From the IMG/VR virus record IMGVR_UViG_3300044846_003474, positions 32,001 through 96,000 of that record: a stretch of DNA of 64,000 bases; one strand, given 5' to 3'. Each line of letters starts with the position of its first letter. The first letter of the stretch is position 1. A program made the position numbers and the translations under genes. The notes beneath the pieces were generated by a model. The model did not search any database, was not told where the DNA came from, and was given only the letters and a program-made list of their open reading frames with translations. Shown here one piece after another: positions 55,502-64,000 of the stretch. This DNA comes from a virus. Lineage: Duplodnaviria; Caudoviricetes.

Positions 55502-56458
55502 TTATTGTTTAGGGGGAACATTTCCTTTAACTCCTTGTTGATATCCTTGAACAGCTCCTCGTACTCCTTGACCTAATCTTCCAAATGAGGTGTCAGCGGC
55601 CATTCCTAATGCGGTTCTAATATCTTTTTTAAGGTTTCTTGTTGTTTGATCACCACTTCTTTTTTCCAAATTATCTAAACCAGCTTCTCTTTGTTCAGCC
55701 GGTAGAGCTAAAATATATTTACCTGCCGGTGATTGAGACCAAGTTGCAACTTGAGATTGTTTTTGAAAATCTAAGTTTTTAATGTTTGGCATTAGTTTTT
55801 GTGCTTCACCAATTGCACCTAAGGCAAGTTGAGGAGGAGCTCCTCCACCACCTATTGTTGTTCCAGTAGGTGTTGTTCCAGTAGGTGTTGTTGATCCATT
55901 TGCGGTTACCGGGGTTATTGGTCCCGGTTTTAAAATTGGTGCCGGAGCCATAAGTTTAGTAAAACTACCATCACATAAAGCACTAACCAATTCTGTGTTA
56001 AATTGAGCTGATCCTTGTTGACAGTTTTTACTTCCATTACAATTCATTTGTTTCCATTGTTTTTGTGCGTTAACCAATGTCATTTTAGCCTTTGGGAGTA
56101 ATTGGAATGGTGGAGTTGCCTTACACGCTTTAATGTCCGCAAATCCCATTGATTTAAAATCAATCGCAGGTGCCGCAGGTGTGGGAGCTACAGTTGTTGT
56201 TGTAGTTGTGGATTTATCTTGTGGATTTTGTGCTTGTAAATAATCAGGAGTACCATTACCATCTGAATCAGCATTAAATCCAGACAAACCTGGACCTGCG
56301 GGTGTTGTTGCAGTTGCCACGACAGGTTGATTTGGAGGAGGAGTTTGTTCTGATATAATGACACCTTTTTTATAAGAAACAAGGTATTTCATCATATTTA
56401 ATTCTTCACTTAATATTCTTTCTCTTTCATTTTTGCTAATCACTAAATTTTTTTTCAT
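55502..56458 (-). CDS. leader-bearing Pro/Thr-rich hypothetical protein
   Basis: ISKNERERILSEELNMMKYLVSYKKGVIISEQ. Confidence 0.7.
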   Translation of the reverse strand: MKKNLVISKNERERILSEELNMMKYLVSYKKGVIISEQTPPPNQPVVATATTPAGPGLSGFNADSDGNGTPDYLQAQNPQDKSTTTTTTVAPTPAAPAIDFKSMGFADIKACKATPPFQLLPKAKMTLVNAQKQWKQMNCNGSKNCQQGSAQFNTELVSALCDGSFTKLMAPAPILKPGPITPVTANGSTTPTGTTPTGTTIGGGGAPPQLALGAIGEAQKLMPNIKNLDFQKQSQVATWSQSPAGKYILALPAEQREAGLDNLEKRSGDQTTRNLKKDIRTALGMAADTSFGRLGQGVRGAVQGYQQGVKGNVPPKQ

Positions 56459-56510
56459 TTTTTTCTAATTTTTATTGTTATATATAAATATATTAATCTT
56501 TAAAAAATTT

Positions 56511-57047
56511 TTAGTTTTTTAAAGATGGAATAACATCATCTTCAAAAAACATTTTTACTTCATGTTTCATACCTTCAATCTCATCTTGGAACCTTCCAAC
56601 ATTATCGTGAATACTTTTAGGGTCTTCATTTATATCGTAGAAATCAAAATCAATTAAGTATCCCATTTTGTTTAAAAATAAACCACCAATGTATTCCTTA
56701 TTTTTAAAATATATTGTACCATACAATGCCGTTTCATCTTCATTTTGTTCTTCGTAATCAAAAACAAATTCTATTTTTGGGATATGATTAAAAGAGGATG
56801 TGAATTTTTCACCTTCTCTATCATTATAACTTTTAAAAGGAGATCCTTCTTTATCATCATAACTTTCAGAAGGATCAACAAACTCATCAGGTCTTCCTTT
56901 ATGTTTAGAAAATGCATCTAAGTATCTTTTTTCATCAACACTTAAAGATTCGTACCCACCATCACCAATTTTATCTAATATCCTATCAACCTCTTCTTGA
57001 TTTTCAAGAAGAATACGATATTGACTCTCTGTGAGTATTATATTCAT
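56511..57047 (-). CDS. leader-bearing hypothetical protein
   Basis: Start MNIILTESQYRILLE; VDRILDKI...GYESLS..EK..L motif. Confidence 0.7.
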   Translation of the reverse strand: MNIILTESQYRILLENQEEVDRILDKIGDGGYESLSVDEKRYLDAFSKHKGRPDEFVDPSESYDDKEGSPFKSYNDREGEKFTSSFNHIPKIEFVFDYEEQNEDETALYGTIYFKNKEYIGGLFLNKMGYLIDFDFYDINEDPKSIHDNVGRFQDEIEGMKHEVKMFFEDDVIPSLKN

Positions 57048-57048
57048 T

Positions 57049-58137
57049 TTATTTACAAAGTTCTCCGTCTTGTGCTGATTCCAATGCGTCCGCAATAGCA
57101 TTTAATGTTTCAGGACCAACTTTACCATCTTCTCCAATTTTTTTAGAATAACAACTATTAATTTTCTTTTGAAGTTCTAAAACAGATCCTGATTTAAATG
57201 AACTTGAATTATTGTCAACAATATAATCAATAATTGCACCTGCGGTTTCTTTTCCTATCTGACCATCCGCTGATATATCATATCCTTCGTCAGTTAAAAA
57301 TTTTTGTATATCTTTTATTTTAGCATTTACAGGTTTTATATTACCGTTTCTATTTTCTTTATCTGCAAAATCAACATTAGCAAACTCTTTGTCTTCACAT
57401 GAATAATCTACTTCAACACCTTTACGTAATTTTTTACCATTACCCATATAGTAATCAGTTCCAATTCTAAAACGAGTTCTTTTACCGTCGGCAAATTTTT
57501 CACCCATTGCTTTTGGATGTTCAATAACACACATATACATATTCCAATTATCCTCAGTACCACCCCCACCAGGAGTAACTTTTATAGGGTCTACTTTAAC
57601 ATCAGATTTTTTTTCAATTAATTTAGTACTATATCTAATAACATCAACAACAGGTGATACTAAATATCGTCTATATTCCTCGTTTTTAAAAAAATCTGCA
57701 TCCATTGATTCGAAGAAGTCCTCATATTTAGCACTATAACTAGAAATCATATAACAGAAATCAGGAAAACTTTTAGTATTACGTATACCATTTGCTACTT
57801 TTTTCTCATTAGTTCCAGCACCAAAAGAAATAAACGAATCCCATTCTTCTATTGCATTATATATATTTTCAGCAATACCATCTAAAGCACTTTCACTTTG
57901 AGTTATTGGTCCTAACCCTTCTTTACCTGACGTACATACATTACAAATAGATTCAAATCTGTCTTCAGGATCTGTTTCATTTTCTGTGTATTTTAATTGA
58001 TCGGCAACGTCTTGTGTGATAGCACCAGGAGATAAACTATTAGTTACTTTATCTTCTTCATTAAGTCGTCTTTCATTAAGGACTTTAGTTACGATTCTTT
58101 TAAGATCGTTTTCGTTTAATTTAATTATTTTTGCCAT
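57049..58137 (-). CDS. leader + annexin-like repeat + two PG-binding domains
   Basis: IIKLNENDLKRIV..VLNE; A..IY.AI....GAGTNE..V; IQ.FL...GY....DG.IG.ET and LQ......EDGKVGPET. Confidence 0.65.
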   Translation of the reverse strand: MAKIIKLNENDLKRIVTKVLNERRLNEEDKVTNSLSPGAITQDVADQLKYTENETDPEDRFESICNVCTSGKEGLGPITQSESALDGIAENIYNAIEEWDSFISFGAGTNEKKVANGIRNTKSFPDFCYMISSYSAKYEDFFESMDADFFKNEEYRRYLVSPVVDVIRYSTKLIEKKSDVKVDPIKVTPGGGGTEDNWNMYMCVIEHPKAMGEKFADGKRTRFRIGTDYYMGNGKKLRKGVEVDYSCEDKEFANVDFADKENRNGNIKPVNAKIKDIQKFLTDEGYDISADGQIGKETAGAIIDYIVDNNSSSFKSGSVLELQKKINSCYSKKIGEDGKVGPETLNAIADALESAQDGELCK

Positions 58138-58143
58138 GTTTTT

Positions 58144-58527
58144 TTATTTTTTAGTTAGATATAATTGACCATATGTTTGTTTAGTTGTTGGTTCAATTGA
58201 TTTCCATAGTTTACCCAACGCATTATTACAAAATTTTGTTGGTGGATTTTTCCATCTTGGATCAGATAATTTAATACCACTAACCGCATTATTGGCGTAT
58301 GTGGTTTTTACCCATGTTCTAAATTTACCTTCATCTTCTAATGTTTTAAGTTCGGGCGCCGCAACACAAGTACTAACTTGTTGTGTTCCATCCACTGGCG
58401 CAATTGTTTCAGGGGGGATTTGCACCAAATCAAAAAATCCTTCATCTTCTTTTAGTAATGAAAATTTTTCATTGATATGCATTGATCGTATTCTTAATTT
58501 TTCTTCTTCAGTTATTAAACTTTTCAT
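58144..58527 (-). CDS. leader-bearing hypothetical protein
   Basis: LITEEEKLRIRSMH..LLKE. Confidence 0.65.
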   Translation of the reverse strand: MKSLITEEEKLRIRSMHINEKFSLLKEDEGFFDLVQIPPETIAPVDGTQQVSTCVAAPELKTLEDEGKFRTWVKTTYANNAVSGIKLSDPRWKNPPTKFCNNALGKLWKSIEPTTKQTYGQLYLTKK

Positions 58528-58612
58528 AATTTATAGTTTTATAATAAATATATCGTTATTTTGCTTTTACATTATTAAATATATAATATATACTTAAAAA
58601 AAAGAATATATT

Positions 58613-59038
58613 ATGAAAAAAGTTTTAAATGACAGTACCGTTACGGTACATTACACTGGAAAATTAGAAGATGGGACAATTTTTGACACATCTTTGGCTG
58701 AAGGTAGAGAACCATTAACAACAAATTTAGGTCAAGGACAACTTATTAAAGGGTTTGAGTCAGGTCTTATTGATATGTTAGAGGGTGATAAAAAAACAAT
58801 TGAGATTGAACCTATTGACGCTTATGGTGAGCATGTTGAAGATATGATCATTGAAGTTACTAAGGATAAAGTTCCTGAAGGAGTTGGGGTTGGTCAAGTT
58901 TTACAAACGGTAGGACCTATGGGGCCTAGTTTTGTAAAAGTTATGGAAATTAAAGATGAGGTTGTGGTAATTGATGCCAATCACCCATTGGCCGGTAAAA
59001 AATTAATTTTTGAACTTGAGGTTGTTGGTATTTCTTAA
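58613..59038 (+). CDS. FKBP-type peptidyl-prolyl isomerase (SlyD/SlpA-like)
   Basis: VTVHYTGKLEDG.IFDTS, G.GQLI.GFE, AYG, IDANHPLAGK.L.F. Confidence 0.9.
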   Translation: MKKVLNDSTVTVHYTGKLEDGTIFDTSLAEGREPLTTNLGQGQLIKGFESGLIDMLEGDKKTIEIEPIDAYGEHVEDMIIEVTKDKVPEGVGVGQVLQTVGPMGPSFVKVMEIKDEVVVIDANHPLAGKKLIFELEVVGIS

Positions 59039-59063
59039 TACCAACAACTTTTAAGTTGTTTAA

Positions 59064-59657
59064 TTACACTTCTCCCCATTTAAGGTTTTTTCTACATCCA
59101 CTTCCGTTACCGCTATCTTTCATTACAATAATAGCAATGATAGTTATAAGTATAATTGCACCAATCGCAATTAATGATGACCAACCTACCATAACGGTAC
59201 CAATCATAATTCCACCTGTCACAATTTGCTCATCAAGTTCTTCAGGTTCTGATGTGTCTCCAGATTTATTTTTTACAATAGCCATTTTGATACCTTTCTT
59301 AACATTCTTAAGAACTTCCCATAATGAGTTCGCCCCCTTTTCTTTTTTTAATCTAAGTAACTCAGACTTAACTTTTGACATGATATTATCATTTTCTTGG
59401 TTACCAGTAACAATATCACAAACCTGATCATTAGAAACAACATCATCAACACTTGGTACATTACTTGCAACCTCACCCAATGAAGAATCATTAACAACTT
59501 CTTTTTCAAATATGGATTGGATCTTTTCTTTTGACATAGAACCCATTCCCGACTCTTCTGAGTCTATATCCGTCTGTTCTGATATAATGACTCCTCTTTT
59601 ATAAGAAACGAGGTATTTCATCATATTTAATTCTTCATTTAATATTCGTCTTTCCAT
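59064..59657 (-). CDS. leader-bearing protein with C-terminal TM
   Basis: ILNEELNMMKYLVSYKRGVIISEQ; LDEQ precedes the hydrophobic tail. Confidence 0.7.
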   Translation of the reverse strand: MERRILNEELNMMKYLVSYKRGVIISEQTDIDSEESGMGSMSKEKIQSIFEKEVVNDSSLGEVASNVPSVDDVVSNDQVCDIVTGNQENDNIMSKVKSELLRLKKEKGANSLWEVLKNVKKGIKMAIVKNKSGDTSEPEELDEQIVTGGIMIGTVMVGWSSLIAIGAIILITIIAIIVMKDSGNGSGCRKNLKWGEV

Positions 59658-59959
59658 AATTTCATATTTTTAACATAAGCCTTTTCAGCATACTCAATAA
59701 AGTTATCACCATATATTCTTGCAAGTCTATCCATCATCAACTGAGGATTTTTTCTCATATATCTCAATACATCATTTGGAATCTGATCCTCGTATTTACC
59801 AAACATATTTTGTATTTGTTTTTCTCTTGGGATCATCCTAACGTTTGGTTCCACAGTAAATGAATTATCTCTTGGTTCATCCAAAAATTCATTTTCATTT
59901 AAAATGTTTTTGATAATCTTAGTTAAATTAGATTCTGTTAAGCGTACAACCTTATTCAT
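59639..59959 (-). CDS. leader-bearing hypothetical protein
   Basis: MNKVVRLTESNLTKIIKNILNE. Confidence 0.7.
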   Translation of the reverse strand: MNKVVRLTESNLTKIIKNILNENEFLDEPRDNSFTVEPNVRMIPREKQIQNMFGKYEDQIPNDVLRYMRKNPQLMMDRLARIYGDNFIEYAEKAYVKNMKLWKDEY

Positions 59960-60002
59960 ATAATTGATTTACTATATAAATATAAGTGATTTTGGAAAAT
60001 AT

Positions 60003-60182
60003 TTACAATTTAGAAGCTGACTCCATAATGAATCTCATTTTCTTTTCCAATTCATGGATACGTTGTCTTTGACTATCGTTAAGTTCAAAATTTTCACCTT
60101 TAATTGAAGATACTTGATTACTTAGTTGGTCGTACTCGTACATAAATCTGTCGTACTGTTGCGCTTTTTGATTTTCGTTCAT
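60003..60182 (-). CDS. small coiled-coil protein (59 aa, not in track)
   Basis: MNENQKAQQYDRFMYEYDQL...ESASKL. Confidence 0.6.
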   Translation of the reverse strand: MNENQKAQQYDRFMYEYDQLSNQVSSIKGENFELNDSQRQRIHELEKKMRFIMESASKL

Positions 60183-60245
60183 AATTAAATTATAGTTTTT
60201 GTTGTTAAAAAGGAAATAAAAAATCCCTCTTGTGGAGGGATTATG

Positions 60246-60824
60246 TTATTTTTTAACGGTTTTAAGTACATCCCAAATTGCTTTCATTGTCATTGGTCCG
60301 ATTTTACCATCAGCACCCATTGGCCCAATTTCTTTACCTAATTCTACTAATTTATTCTGTATATTTACTGAGGTAGAAGAAATTACATCATTTCGACCCT
60401 TTATATTGCATTTCCACCCTGAAGCCTCATATCCTTTCACATCAATTCCCCATCCACATTTCTTAGCATTAATCAATAAACGTTCTTTTGAGTCAGGTTT
60501 ACCAAATTTAAGGGTTCCATCCGCAGCGCAAAAATAATCAACCATTTTTATATTAATTGTATCCGTGTTACCAGGGACACCAGGTTGAAGTTGTGCTCTA
60601 TTGTTATTAAAGTACAAATTACCTTGCTTGTCTGTAATAGAAGATCCTCCACCATCACCAGTACCAACATCCCCTAAATTTTGTACACAAAGAGGATATT
60701 CTTCTTTAGTTTTACCATCGGACTCAGTTATTAATGAACCATTTTGTTCTGAAATTACTTTACCTTTTTTATAATCAAAAAGATATTTGATTAAATTTAA
60801 TTCTTCGTTTATTTGATTTTTCAT
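60246..60824 (-). CDS. leader plus C-terminal PG-binding domain protein
   Basis: INEELNLIKYLFDYKKGKVISEQ; IQNKLVELG....GADGKIGPMT.KAI. Confidence 0.7.
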   Translation of the reverse strand: MKNQINEELNLIKYLFDYKKGKVISEQNGSLITESDGKTKEEYPLCVQNLGDVGTGDGGGSSITDKQGNLYFNNNRAQLQPGVPGNTDTINIKMVDYFCAADGTLKFGKPDSKERLLINAKKCGWGIDVKGYEASGWKCNIKGRNDVISSTSVNIQNKLVELGKEIGPMGADGKIGPMTMKAIWDVLKTVKK

Positions 60825-60940
60825 TATTTTTTATTTTTTAGTCTTTTTATTACTTCTTCGGTTTTATTAATCCTTTTTAAATTTTTTGCAAGATTTCTAC
60901 GATTTCTTTTACCTTTACCTTCTTCTTTCGCTTTTGACAT
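60824..60940 (-). CDS. small basic protein (38 aa, not in track)
   Basis: MSKAKEEGKGKRNRRNLAKN...; TATTTAT upstream; TAATG overlap with the next gene. Confidence 0.45.
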   Translation of the reverse strand: MSKAKEEGKGKRNRRNLAKNLKRINKTEEVIKRLKNKK

Positions 60941-60961
60941 AGTTTTTTTATTATAAATATA

Positions 60962-61873
60962 TCAATGTATCCAATTACCATCCTCATCTATACAAAAATG
61001 TTTACTATCCTCATAGAATTCATGGATTCTATCTACAAAGTTTTCAGAAATCAAATCATATATATCTTGATAATATTCATTATGATTGTCGTCCCATTCT
61101 AATTTAAATAAGGATTCATATAAATTATCAGCGGTGTAATCCAACACACGATCCACAAAATCAATTACATCAGTATATAAACAAACATCATAACGTGAAA
61201 GAGCTCTATCAATAAACTCACTAATGTATTGGTATCGTCTTTGTAACATTCTTTTATCATAAGATTCATTGATGTTTTTACTGTCAGCCCAATAATGATT
61301 TCTATCCCAAAACTCTTTTAATTCCTCGTAGAAATTATTTTTAATGAAACGTATTAATTGATTTCTATACATAACATAATCATCTTCAGGTATATTCATT
61401 TTACTAACAACATCTTGAGCAACATCCCAACAAATTTCAGTTAAAAAACCATCAAAGGTGTCCATAACATTTAATTTATGGGTTAGTATAAAATCCTGAA
61501 TACCATCCTCAATTTCTTCATATCTTCGTTTGAATTTTAATTCATGTGTGGATTCATTAATTTTTTTATCCATACGAGAATAAAGATATTCTCTAATCAT
61601 ATCAATATATTCGGTCTCTATAAACCGTTGTATTTGTTTTTTTAATGCCTCTTTTTTATCGGGATCAAAAATTGATTCATTATTAATAATTTGATTTGAA
61701 ATCTTAGTGGATATAACGTGAATAAATGTATCATATTCACCCATATTTAAAGGGGTTGGATTACCAAATTGTAAATACTCATAAACATTATCCATTACAG
61801 GTCTAATTGAATTCTCCACTTGAGAAACTCTACGCATTAAACTGTACTGATTTTCTGTTATTATTATTTTCAT
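60962..61873 (-). CDS. paralog array member, three-unit polyprotein
   Basis: MKIIITENQ; three RR-led ~100 aa units separated by INES. Confidence 0.75.
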   Translation of the reverse strand: MKIIITENQYSLMRRVSQVENSIRPVMDNVYEYLQFGNPTPLNMGEYDTFIHVISTKISNQIINNESIFDPDKKEALKKQIQRFIETEYIDMIREYLYSRMDKKINESTHELKFKRRYEEIEDGIQDFILTHKLNVMDTFDGFLTEICWDVAQDVVSKMNIPEDDYVMYRNQLIRFIKNNFYEELKEFWDRNHYWADSKNINESYDKRMLQRRYQYISEFIDRALSRYDVCLYTDVIDFVDRVLDYTADNLYESLFKLEWDDNHNEYYQDIYDLISENFVDRIHEFYEDSKHFCIDEDGNWIH

Positions 61874-61874
61874 C

Positions 61875-62504
61875 TTAACAATGTTTTTTTGCCCAAGATT
61901 TAAAAGTTTTTTTTATCTGTTTACCAACCATATCGTTTAATGAAAAATATAAATCATCCCAATCCCAGTTATTTATATTATGTGTAAACATCATAACATC
62001 TGATACTTGTATAAGAATATGGTCTTTAAATTCATCAACGTCATCTGGATATTTATCACAATCAAGATTATTTGTCATTAAATGATCCATTTCTTGCATA
62101 ATAATATTATGTCTTCTAAGAAGTGCATTCCTCAAACTTGTATCATATTCTTTATCCCCATATGATTCCTGTAGGTTATATTCTTCGTCATCCACATCAT
62201 CAAATCTTTCATTACAATTAGAGTCGTACATTATTATCTCAAATTTTTCTAATATGTAAGTATCAAAATTATCCTTAACCCACTTGTGAACGTTTTCAAT
62301 CATTCCAACAGTATTGGTAGGTAAATTTAAATGTTCCATTTTATCACTTACTTGCCAACAAATTTCATTTAAAAACCCAAAAAAATCATAATCACATATA
62401 TCTGTTTCTTGACTTAACACATCAATCCCTTCATCAACAAGATCTTTGATTTTTTTATACCTACGTATAAACTCAATTTGGTTTTCAGTTAATATTATTT
62501 TCAT
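61875..62504 (-). CDS. paralog array member, two-unit polyprotein
   Basis: MKIILTENQ; units separated by LQES. Confidence 0.75.
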   Translation of the reverse strand: MKIILTENQIEFIRRYKKIKDLVDEGIDVLSQETDICDYDFFGFLNEICWQVSDKMEHLNLPTNTVGMIENVHKWVKDNFDTYILEKFEIIMYDSNCNERFDDVDDEEYNLQESYGDKEYDTSLRNALLRRHNIIMQEMDHLMTNNLDCDKYPDDVDEFKDHILIQVSDVMMFTHNINNWDWDDLYFSLNDMVGKQIKKTFKSWAKKHC

Positions 62505-62505
62505 C

Positions 62506-62826
62506 TTAACAATTTCCTTCTTCTTCCCACAATTTTACTAAATAATCATAGTACTCTTCGTTCATTAATTTTTCTATCTGTTCTCTACCGCTATCTTCAT
62601 TCTCATCCTCATCGGCAAAGGTATCATCCTCTCTCTCATAGTTTTCATCACCATAAAAGAAACTAATCCCTTCTCCAATACAAAAATCAGCATACTCCTC
62701 ACCATCCTCAAAATTACAAGGGTCTTGGATTTCAGTTTGGAAATCAATCGTGTCTCTAACTTCCTGTATCCTTCTTAATCTTTTAAGGAGAGTTTTGTTC
62801 TGTGTTTCTGTTATTATTATTTTCAT
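62506..62826 (-). CDS. paralog array member
   Basis: MKIIITETQ..LRR..DPC.F. Confidence 0.75.
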   Translation of the reverse strand: MKIIITETQNKTLLKRLRRIQEVRDTIDFQTEIQDPCNFEDGEEYADFCIGEGISFFYGDENYEREDDTFADEDENEDSGREQIEKLMNEEYYDYLVKLWEEEGNC

Positions 62827-62827
62827 A

Positions 62828-63079
62828 TTAACTAATTAAATCTTCAAAATTATTCTCAATGAATCGTCTTAACATATTTAAATTTTTATCTGTCCACTCA
62901 AGTTGTGTGTCAGGGTCATCCAAGTACGTCATTGCAGAATGATCTATTGTAATCTCTCTTGCATCATATGGTGATTTACCCTGATCCAATAAATAGTTAT
63001 AGTCAGACCTAACCCAATCTTTGAGTTCTTGGTATCTTCTAATAAATTTATGTTGAGATTCTGTTATAACAATCTTCAT
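62828..63079 (-). CDS. paralog array member
   Basis: Start MKIVITESQHKFIRRY. Confidence 0.7.
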   Translation of the reverse strand: MKIVITESQHKFIRRYQELKDWVRSDYNYLLDQGKSPYDAREITIDHSAMTYLDDPDTQLEWTDKNLNMLRRFIENNFEDLIS

Positions 63080-63151
63080 ATAAGATAAATATAACATAAG
63101 GGCAAAAATTACCCCCGTCTTTTGAACGAGGACAATCATTACTCCTGTATT

Positions 63152-63463
63152 TTACCTGTTTTCTTCATAATATCTTTTAGTCTCATCAAAAAAGATTAAA
63201 TCAAACTCTTTTGATAGTTTTTTACTGATTTCAACCTCATTTTCCTCATCAAGATCATAAAAATTTGGGATATCGTACATAATAAATTCTACAACCGAAT
63301 CTTTTACGGTGTCGTAATAACGTTCAAATCCTTCGTTTTTTCCATATTTATTGTTATAGAATGCCGGAACCTGATCTTTAAGTTCTCGTTCAAAGATTGG
63401 AAGTATATGTAGATACCTCCTTTTTATGTAATTATACTGTGATTCTGTTAGAATTATTACCAT
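63152..63463 (-). CDS. paralog array member
   Basis: Start MVIILTESQYNYIKRRY. Confidence 0.7.
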   Translation of the reverse strand: MVIILTESQYNYIKRRYLHILPIFERELKDQVPAFYNNKYGKNEGFERYYDTVKDSVVEFIMYDIPNFYDLDEENEVEISKKLSKEFDLIFFDETKRYYEENR

Positions 63464-63465
63464 AT

Positions 63466-63774
63466 TTACTCTCCAAAATATTTTGGACACCTTTTGTTAA
63501 TCTCTTTATCATAAAACACCTTTATTTCATCATTTAACATATAAGAAAGTTCATTTCTAAAATTTGTCCACGATCTTGGGTCAATTTCCAACCTTTCTTC
63601 CTCCGTAACCTCATCAATTGCGGCTTTTAACACATCTCTTTTGTACTTATCAAAATCATGGTAATCCCTATAATAACAAGGATTGGACCCATCCATACGA
63701 TTATGAACCTCATTTTTTATTTGGAAGTACCGTCTTGTTAATTTATTTTGATTTTCTGTTAGTATAATTTTCAT
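63466..63774 (-). CDS. paralog array member
   Basis: MKIILTENQNKLTRRY..NPC.Y; TATTTAT at 63780-63786. Confidence 0.75.
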   Translation of the reverse strand: MKIILTENQNKLTRRYFQIKNEVHNRMDGSNPCYYRDYHDFDKYKRDVLKAAIDEVTEEERLEIDPRSWTNFRNELSYMLNDEIKVFYDKEINKRCPKYFGE

Positions 63775-63797
63775 ATATTATAAATACCATATAAAAC

Positions 63798-63823
63798 AAA
63801 AAACCCCACTGATGAGGTGGGGT
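63798..63823 (-). terminator. intrinsic terminator
   Basis: ACCCCAC-tgatgag-GTGGGGT with an A tract on the plus strand. Confidence 0.6.
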
Positions 63824-64000
63824 CGTATTATTATTTTTAAATATTAATTAGTTTTTTTTAAAGTTTTTTATCACCTCATCTTTAGTGATATATCCTTTAT
63901 TTGGTTTTTTACTTCTAAATACATCATTTTTGGCATAATGTAACAGTTCTTCCAAAACTTCAACAAGATCGGAAGGTTTAATTTCAGAATAATGTTTATG

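Noticed and set aside
1-64000. Stop-codon reassignment (code 15 or 4), as in some large Bacteroidota phages
   Set aside because: Capsid, portal, terminase, protease and ClpC are full length in code 11, coding density is high, and there is no convincing suppressor tRNA
63826-64000. 3' end of a minus-strand gene at the window edge
   Set aside because: Truncated, with too little sequence to call

Overview
AT-rich segment of a large (jumbo/huge) T4-related tailed phage genome, very probably infecting a Bacteroidota host. The host call rests on TTTG-N19/20-TAnnTTTG promoters, A-rich SD-less starts, a T9SS C-terminal domain and a Bacteroidota-type bS21. Standard genetic code. 1-17 kb is the head module (gp23-like major capsid, scaffold, gp21-like prohead protease, gp20-like portal, gp17-like terminase) with an embedded bS21 gene. 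17-24.5 kb holds a nucleotidyltransferase, KTSC, a UVR protein, an N-terminally truncated ClpC, a peptidase, a tmRNA with a non-canonical tag and a convergent ~870-nt ORF-free structured RNA (GOLLD-like candidate). 24.8-32 kb has an amidase, holin candidates, an Ntn hydrolase, five tRNAs and two aberrant tRNA-like RNAs. 32-35 kb is a glycosyltransferase cassette. 44-53 kb has a GH19 endolysin, a YkuD-like protein and an operon of secreted/outer-membrane proteins (cohesin/dockerin-like T9SS cargo, CsgG-like, beta-barrel, C-type lectin, nuclease, metalloprotease). The most striking pattern is about 25 unrelated proteins sharing a few short N-terminal leader types that end in [IL]-x-E, the T4 gp21 cleavage consensus, mostly downstream of a TATTTAT motif. 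This suggests a modular, protease-matured capsid-cargo system. It includes an Ntn hydrolase whose catalytic Cys directly follows such a site, and polyproteins with internal sites. All family assignments come from motif recognition by eye; no database searches were run.
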